A stretch of 64,000 bases of DNA, taken from the NCBI RefSeq assembly GCF_036588685.1, contig NC_086385.1, forward strand, positions 49,127,216-49,191,215, written 5' to 3'. Shown here in pieces: positions 44,101 through 53,100 of this stretch (the first letter of the stretch is position 1; the number at the start of each line of letters is the position of its first letter). Made by a program: the position numbers and the translations under genes. The DNA comes from Mytilus trossulus. Lineage: Eukaryota. Below the pieces are notes generated by a model. The model searched no databases, was not told the origin of the DNA, and saw only the letters and a program-made list of their open reading frames with translations.

Positions 44101-47100
44101 TCATGTGTACTAATGTTTGTCTGTTTTGTCTTTTTCATTTTTAGCAATGGCGTTGTCATTTTATTTTAGATTTATGAGTTTGACTGTCCCTTTGGTATCT
44201 TTCGTCCCTCTTTGAGGACGTAATACTAAGTTTCATACTGAAATGAAAATTTTAACAGCAATGTTGTTGTTAACCACCAGCTGTGTGTTTTACTCCTATT
44301 TCGAGTCTCTGAAGCTCGCATTTCACCTGTTTCTTAGCTTCATACACAAACAGCTGATATTTAATGACACTAAACAGTTATTGTCTATGTAAAATTGTAA
44401 TTAAATGGTTGAAATCTTAGATTTTGGCATACAGTGCGAATGAAATAAATTTTACAATGTTGATTGTTTTAAAGGTTTACGTTCAAAACTTGACGTAATG
44501 TGTTACTTGACATATATAAAGCTGTTCTGTCCAGAAGTTAAACTGATAAGTTTACTTTCCAAATCTGTTGACAATTACCTCTTTCAAATTTTATTTCATT
44601 TTTTCTTGGTATCAAGTCTATTTTAAGAGAATACATGATCATGTTAGAAGTGGTGTACTTTTGAAAAGGTTTTAACACTATATATTAATTGGTATATCGT
44701 GATATATAAATTCAAGTATTAAGTTGTTGACATTTTAAGTATATATATCAGTGACATTTTCCTTTTTTTTGCCCCAAAAATATTTTTCTTAATATAAGAT
44801 TTGTTTTTCCTAAGAAAAAGGTTTAGGTCACATATGCAGTATTTTTTTTTTTGAAGAGTCTATAATTTTATTATTTAGAAATAAGAAATTTTGTTAGAAA
44901 CTATTTTAATGTGTGTGTGCTTTCTTCTGTTTCGAATTCACTAAGATGTAATTATCGTTAACTTTTTCATTGTTAATCTGCATCAACAGATGTTTTTCAT
45001 TGTTAATCTGCATCAACAGAATTCACGTGGCCACGCAGAATTTTCGCTACAGCTAGCCAAACGTTTGAATTTCTGAAATTCAAATTTATTGTATAATTTC
45101 TTTTTAATAAGAAAAAAAATAAAAATTTGAACGTTATATGAAATAGAGCAACAATTGGAATCGGTTATTACAAAAACAACAAGCTCATTGAATATTTAAA
45201 TAACACAAATTGCAACTCTGAAAACTAAACCAAATCGCAACTATGCCCTTTCAAACTAAAATCAAAACTATCTCCTTTCAAACAAAAAAAAAGACAAAAT
45301 CTTCGTTCGCACATGACTATTATTGCAATTATGTGCTCAGAAAGAACAAGTTTTTCCTCGTTACAAATTCCACTCGTTGGAAAGCAAATCTCCGGAGATA
45401 ACCCGAATTCGGTAAAGTCATAACATGTATGTCATAATCACATTAAAGAGTACAAAATAATGGCTATAAAACTTTGTACATAAAGGTATCTTTGATCATG
45501 TTGACGTTGAAATAGTGACATTAAATTTACCATAAAGATCTTTTCAGCCTACTTAAATGAAAGAAAAAGAAAAAAATACATTATGCTAATTGATTGTTTC
45601 TATTTATAGAAGAAGATTTGTTTGATCCTCCAACCATTCCTTTACGCAGTGCTGATATGCCAACTAACTATCATTATGACAGACGAAGAAGTCGAGCGGT
45701 CCTTTATCAGCTGTCTGGCCAGTTCGACAAACATAAGCATAACAGAACAAAGAGTAAACTACAGAAGCTTAATAATGTAAGGCAGTAGTATGATATGTTC
45801 TTATGTTTATTGTATATGTATGACGTATATATAGGACAATCTTGTCAATATAACGAAACTATAACATAACAGGGAGGTTTAGCTAGCTATAAAACAAGCA
45901 TTCTGTCATAAAAATACCTGTACCAAGTTTTGTTTAATAGTACCATGTCATGTATCACCATGATACATATATTACAGTATGTACTTAAAAACAAATAAAA
46001 CTTCTACATGTCAACAAAAAAAACAAGAACATTTAATGTCACAATCATTTGCCGAGAACAGATTTTTCACTAGCGAGAAGAAATATTTTCTCACACCGGT
46101 CAGGAAATGTGAAAATAGCACAAAAAATAAAGACATATTTTTCTCACACCGGTCAGGAAATGTGAAAATCGCACAAAAAATAGAAAAAAATCTAAATATC
46201 TACTTATTTGTATCAAGTAATAATGTCCATTCAGGAAATAAGAAAATGAATGGAGGAAATAAGCAGCAAACATCTTTATTTCCTTATCAAATGTTGCTAT
46301 ATTCCCTGTTCTTCATCAATTTTCTAAATACTGCTAAGCTATAAAACAAATTTATTAGATATTCAAATTGATAATTATAAACAACACCTACATTGTAATT
46401 TATTATTTATCATATAAGACCCTGATTGAACCATTTGATCGGAAATTAATCAATTGGATAATTTTTGTCTTATTCAAACTAACAATGGTATTATGTATCA
46501 TTTACGCCTAATCACATTATTTCTATATTAAAATAAGTAGATATTCAAGCTAGCAATGGTCTTATGTACTATTTATGCCTAATTAAATAATTTCCATATC
46601 AAATAATTTAATTTTGGATGTATCGCGTCTTCTGATTGGCTGACGTTATTTCGTTATGAGCCCATAGACATAATTTAACGTTTTTTCGTCGTTTTCTATG
46701 GTTTAAAATGGAATTTGGAATTAAATTATAAGAAATGCGCGTTATTCAGTGTTCACCAAATTTTTAATGTTATTTCTTCATAGACAGAAAAAATATTACA
46801 GTCATTCCTTAAATAAGAAAATATGGTATGATTACCAATGAGAAAACAATCCACCAGAGTTGAAATGAAATGGATATTATTTGGCAATAGTAAAAAAGGC
46901 TCAATCACTTTACATTCTCTTAAACTAGAAAAAGACGAAAGTTTCTTGTATTAAATAATTTTTCACAACCATGTTTATGAATGTCTTTTGCAGTTCACCG
47001 GGTCAATATCAGGGCAGATGCCAGAGTACAAAGTCCAAGAGGTCAAAAAATCTAAATTTGTGATTGCTCATTATGGAATATTCAAGGTCGGCTGGGATTG

Positions 47101-50100
47101 GTTGATATTATTATGTACATTTTATACTGCCATAATGGTTCCTTATAATGCAGCATTTTCAAACAAAGACGTCAAAGAATCGCGAGATTCAATTTACTCA
47201 GATGTTGTTGTGGAAATATTATTTATAATAGGTAAGATTAGGGTTTTTGTATGACATCTTGCATGTAAATACTGTAAACCAACTAAATTTCGTGGGCGAT
47301 TTATTTTCGCGACTTTCGCGAGTAGAAAAATAACGCGAAATTAAATCGTCGGGAAAAGGAATAACTTGGATCTTTCCCTATCAAACAGCATTCAGTAAAT
47401 TAGAAAATCGCGAAAATAAATCGCCGCGAAGTTGACTAGCTGGGTATAAACGCGAATATAAGTTGGTTTACAGTAGTATATATAGGCGATAACGTCTTCT
47501 ATACATGTCAAATGTAGGATATTTTCGTTGCATAATCTAAGCCAATGAAAATAGTTGTTACATTAAGATTGAATAGAAATTGAATTTCATTGTATACTGG
47601 CATGCATACACGAGTCGGAACTAGTGGAAATTGTCTCTAGAAAGTTAAAGATGATTGATCCATGGTATAGTTAAGGTGGTCCAACACCTTCACGAAAATT
47701 AATGTGGCTCGTTTAATTTTCATAAATTTTTAGAAAGTATTTTGAAAGTACTTCGACTCTTTGACAAAAAAAATTAAAAAAATGAAAGTACTTTGACCCT
47801 TTGACAAAAAAATAAGAATTTCAAAACATTTGAACCAACTATTTTATCAGAAAAATTACACTGGTTATATAGTAGTTTGACAAACACAAAATGTTGATCA
47901 TTGAGAAGCCTAATACTCCTTTACATTTGTAACAACACAAAGTAATTAAAACGTTTAGCTGATTTTACAGAGTTATCACACTGTAGTGTTAGGTACCACC
48001 TTAACACTCAAAACAGACGAGATAACTATAAATTGAGAAGGAGAAAGATAATACATTTATCTGATAAAAAAAACGTATAACTTAATGAACATGGATGATA
48101 AGCATACACAAAAGAAAAAAAAGAAGATTAAAAAAAAACATTTTGGTATTAAACTTCAGAAGATGAACTAAGATTAACGAAAGGATTTAAATTCGAATGT
48201 GAACATCACAGACAGATATAAAGTCATACAAATAAAATGAATATACATTTCATTAAGTTATAAGCTTTGCTCTGCGATTTTCAGCCGAATTATACATGTA
48301 CCTTTTCTAGCTTGTTGAATACTCCTAATACTCAACGTGTGTTTCAGCAATTCTTAGTTTTTACTGGATAATGTGAAATAAAATCAGAGATGACATAATT
48401 TTATATTTGCCTTAATTCCTCTGATTTCTGATTTTCATTTGGTGACTTCGACATGCATAATAAAACCAAAAATAAAATAAACACTTTTATACCCATCATA
48501 TGGTAAAACAAAGTAAGAGTGAATGTCTGCAGAAAGATCAAAGAGCAACAAACGACAAAAAGAACAGTCAACCTCATAAGAACACACCATGAAAAAAAAG
48601 AGAGAATATCAAAAAGACCAACAACAATATATATAACAAAACATAGAAAACTAAATACTGTGCAATATGGACCAAGCCAAATTCGGAGTGGTACAGGTAT
48701 TAGGTGCTACGGAAGGGTAAAAACAGGATCAATGTCATCCAACGTGTCTCGTACCGATTGACATTTTTCGACTCTCAAATTCAAGTTTATGACATCAACT
48801 ATGAGAAATATCGTACAAAGTACTCGATGTAGAGTACTGTTATCATGTATTTTCATCTATCCTAACTAACAACTACTGGTGACAAAAAAAACTAAAATAT
48901 GCATGCACTTACATGTATGATCAAACTTAAAAGGTAAATCACAAAAATATCGAACCCGAGGAAAATTAAAAACATAAGTCCCTAATATGTACAAAATGTA
49001 TAATTTAACAACCTATCTTTATTATGACAATATACATATTATATGTTTTTATCTTGTATTTTCAGATATAGCTTTAAATTTTTGTACATCGTTTCTAAGT
49101 AGAAGTGGCCATATAGTTTATGATTTAAAACAGATAGCAATTAACTACATAAAAGGATGGTTTTTATTGGACCTTCTTGCCGCCCTTCCTTTTGACTTCC
49201 TGTTTTTATTCAATGTCAACTTGGTAAGTGATCGTTTGATTGGTTGAGAATTTCTGATTTATCTAAACGAATCTCAATAGGAATAGGATCAATAAGCATG
49301 TTTTTTTATCAAATCAAATCACTTTAGTGAATTATAAAATACATTAAACATTTAAAAAAAACACGGGGGGGGGGGGGATAATTCAGTTGTCTGTACAATA
49401 CTGAAAGGCAGACACATTTGACCATTGAACGTTTATTTTTCATATTTTATTTACGTTTTGATCAGAAAAAATAAACAGATTGTTGTCATGTTATTTCACA
49501 TTTGATATAAAACGCCAGTACAGTGTAGCTCAAACTAGCTTTGTGGGATTTTTGTCGTGTTTGCATAAAAAAACTGTAACCAAAAAAACACAAGTACATT
49601 AGCTCAAAATAACCAGATGGTAATGTTATTTTAAAGGCAACAGTAGTATACTTCTGTTCAAAAGTTATAAATCGATTGAAAGAAAACAAATCGGGTTACG
49701 AACTTAAACCGAGAGTAACACACCAACTTTCAGAGGAAAACAACGAAACAACAGAACAACGAAGTGCAACAAAAGCAAATGACAATGCAACAATAGAATA
49801 GAAACGAACTATTAGATAATAATAGAAAACAGTAGTATATTTGCTCAAACTAGCGTTCAAAGATTTATCTTTGTTTCTTTACATTTGTTATAGAAAACAC
49901 CCGTACATTTGCTCAAACTAGCCAGATTGTTACGTCTTGCCAGACTTCTCCAGAAAATAGATAGATATTCGCAATACAGTGCTGTTGTTGTGACACTGCT
50001 GATGTGTATGTTTGCCATGAGCGCCCATTGGTTAGCATGCATATGGTACGCCATAGGATATAAGGAATTAAAAAATAATCCACAGAATTGGACAGTAGGT

Positions 50101-53100
50101 ATGTGAGAATTACATAAATTAGGACTGGCTTCAAAATATAAGTTCCTTTCTGTTTAGATTTAATTATGGCCTTGCTATTGTATAATGGTACTTTAAACAC
50201 ATTGTTGTCTTTAATGTTTCTACGCGCAAGTTATTTGTTTTTCCAATGACTGCGTACACAAATTTAATTCGCCGTTTCAAAATCTAATGAATTCTGGGTA
50301 ATATGGGGACGAAGTCCCCAATTACGGTAGAAAAATCAATGAAAAAAAAATAAAAAAAATCGGGAATATTTCCAGAATTTTTCATTCTACTAATGAACTC
50401 AAAATCGTTAACTTTTTTTTCAGATCTACTTCCTGTTCCGGTTTTCCCGGACAGATATCTGTCTTGTTTGCACGAGACTTTGAAAAAAAATTATATTTAT
50501 CAGTCTAGAATAATATAAGATTGAAACTCAATTTAAATTCAATTTTAATAATTGTTTGTTATGAAAAAAAAAACGTTACCTGATGAAAGCGTTTCTTTTG
50601 TTTACATCGAATATGACGTCATAACTTAAAGAACGTCACAGCTAAATCCCTTACAACAGAACCAAAATCGGGAACGTTACGTGCGGTATTTCGGTTTCTT
50701 TCATTAACATGTTTGCATTAAAAAAAAATAATACATACAGACTTCGTCCCCATTCACAGGTGATGCCTGCCTCATATTATTTTAAAAAACGGACACCAAA
50801 ACGTCGTGATTGGTTGAAAATGTCATAAACAATGGAAATTCAGCCGATGTCAAGACGTCATTTTCCCATTGGGGTTCGAACAATGAAATTACCCATGATG
50901 CTTTAGATTCTGAAACGGCCAATTATTGAATTGGTTGTCTGGAGGTACCATAAAAATAATTTAGTTTTCTTATTGATCTGAACATACCCGATGCATTTTA
51001 AATGGTACAGCTCACACATAATTTTTCGTCTAATAGTATATTACACAACAAGATGGTTGTCGGATGATACATAAACACATGATTTTTTTTATAAGGGTAA
51101 GGAATATAAAAGAATGGTTGTCTTTTGGTACTGTACAGAAAACCTAATGATTTGAACTAAGTTAACAATGTTAATGTTTTTTTTGTTGATGTGGAGTTTA
51201 TTTTAAAGGTGTACATTTTCGAATTATTTGATGTTATTTCTTAGGATGGTTATTTGAGTTGGCAGAAAGAATCGATGATCCGATAGATTCAAACAGAACC
51301 AACAAACCAGACATACTAACATCCTACCTGACAGCACTTTACTTTACATGTAGTAGTTTAACAAGCGTTGGTTTTGGTAATGTGTCTGCCAATACCAACG
51401 CAGAGAAAATATTCTCAATATGTGCCATGTTAATAGGTGGTAAGTTCGTCTATTTTTTATTTTATCTACTGTTCGGAAACTATGATGTATCAGAAGTCTG
51501 GTCAATAATATTTCCAGTCGACAGAATTTTAGTTGCCAATAAAAGAAATCAATTCATTTTGAAGGTTGTTAGCCATTATACATACATATATCTTAATACA
51601 TCGTTATGAGTGTACAATTACAGGACGTGCAAGGAAGCTTAAAATAAAACATTCTATATAGCAGGCGTCAATATTAGTACACATCATAGTTACCAAAAGA
51701 CATGGAGGCAAACAAATACAACGGTACACGTGCATTTGTTAAAGAACAACCACTCAATACCATGAAAGAAACAAACCCTTCAAAATCTTTACAGTAAAGC
51801 AATGTTTTGATAATTCATTGTAAAACATTAAAACGTCAATACAGATGACTTCATAAAATAGGGACGAAAGATACCAAAGGGACAGTCAAACTCCTAAATC
51901 TAAAACAAACTGACAATGCCATGGCTAAAAATTAAAAAGACAAACAGACAAACAATAGTACACATGACACAACATAGAAAACTAAAGAATAAACAACACG
52001 AACGCCAACAAAAACTAGGAGTGATCTCAGATGCTCCGCATGTGGCACCCGTCGTGTTGCTTATGTGACTCGTTCTTTGATTCATAGCCTTTGATTTGTT
52101 TAGTGTCCATGTGTTGTTGCCTTTGAGTTTGGTATTTTTGAAATATTGTTTTCATTATTCTTGTGATCAGGTGAGGATATAACTAACTGGTGTGTTGTGA
52201 GGATATATAACTAACTGGTGTGTTGTGAGGATATATAACTAACTCGTGTGTTGTGAGGATATATAACTAACTCGTGTGTTGTGAGGATATATAACTAACT
52301 GGTGTGTTGTGAGGATATATAACTAACTGGTGTGTTGTGAGGATATATAACTAACTGGTGTGTTGTGAGGATATATAACTTACTGGTGTGTTGTGAGGAT
52401 ATATAACTAACTGGTGTGTTGTGAGGATATATAACTAACTGGTGTGTTGTGAGGATATATAACTAACTGGTGTGTTGTGAGGATATATAACTAACTGGTG
52501 TGTTGTGAGGATATATAACTAACTTGTGTGTTGTGAGGATATATAACTAACTGATGTGTTGTGCTTTCAGCCATGATACACGCCGTAGTTTTCGGTAATG
52601 TGCAAGACATTACGCAGCGAATGTATTCTAGATGTGCCAACAACTACTGAGAGATAACGTATTGTTTAATTTCCCTTTCAGCCATCATACACACCATAGT
52701 GTTCGGTAATGTGACTGTAATTATACAGCGAATGTATTATAGATGTACCAACTACTATATAACTAATTGTTTCGTTTCCATTTCAGCCATGATGCACGCC
52801 GTAGTGTTCGGTAATGTTACTGCCATTATACAGCGAATGTATTCTAGACGTGCCAACTATCACTATAAAACCAAAGATCTCAAAGATTTCTTTAGAACAC
52901 ATCATATACCAAAACCACTCAAACACAGGATGCAGGAACACTTCCAGGCAACTTGGTCTGTAAACAACGGCATCGATACAAATGAGGTAAGATAACAGAC
53001 AAGCAACGTGGTCTGACAATAAGGGTATCGGTACCAATGAGGTAAGGTAACACCCAGTCTGTCAACAACGGCATCGATACTAATAAGGTAAGATAACACC

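Noticed and set aside
52571-52786. Mutually exclusive complete S6 exons
   Set aside because: The copies cover only about 75 nt of the 200-nt exon and have no matching donor, so they can only act as alternative acceptors.
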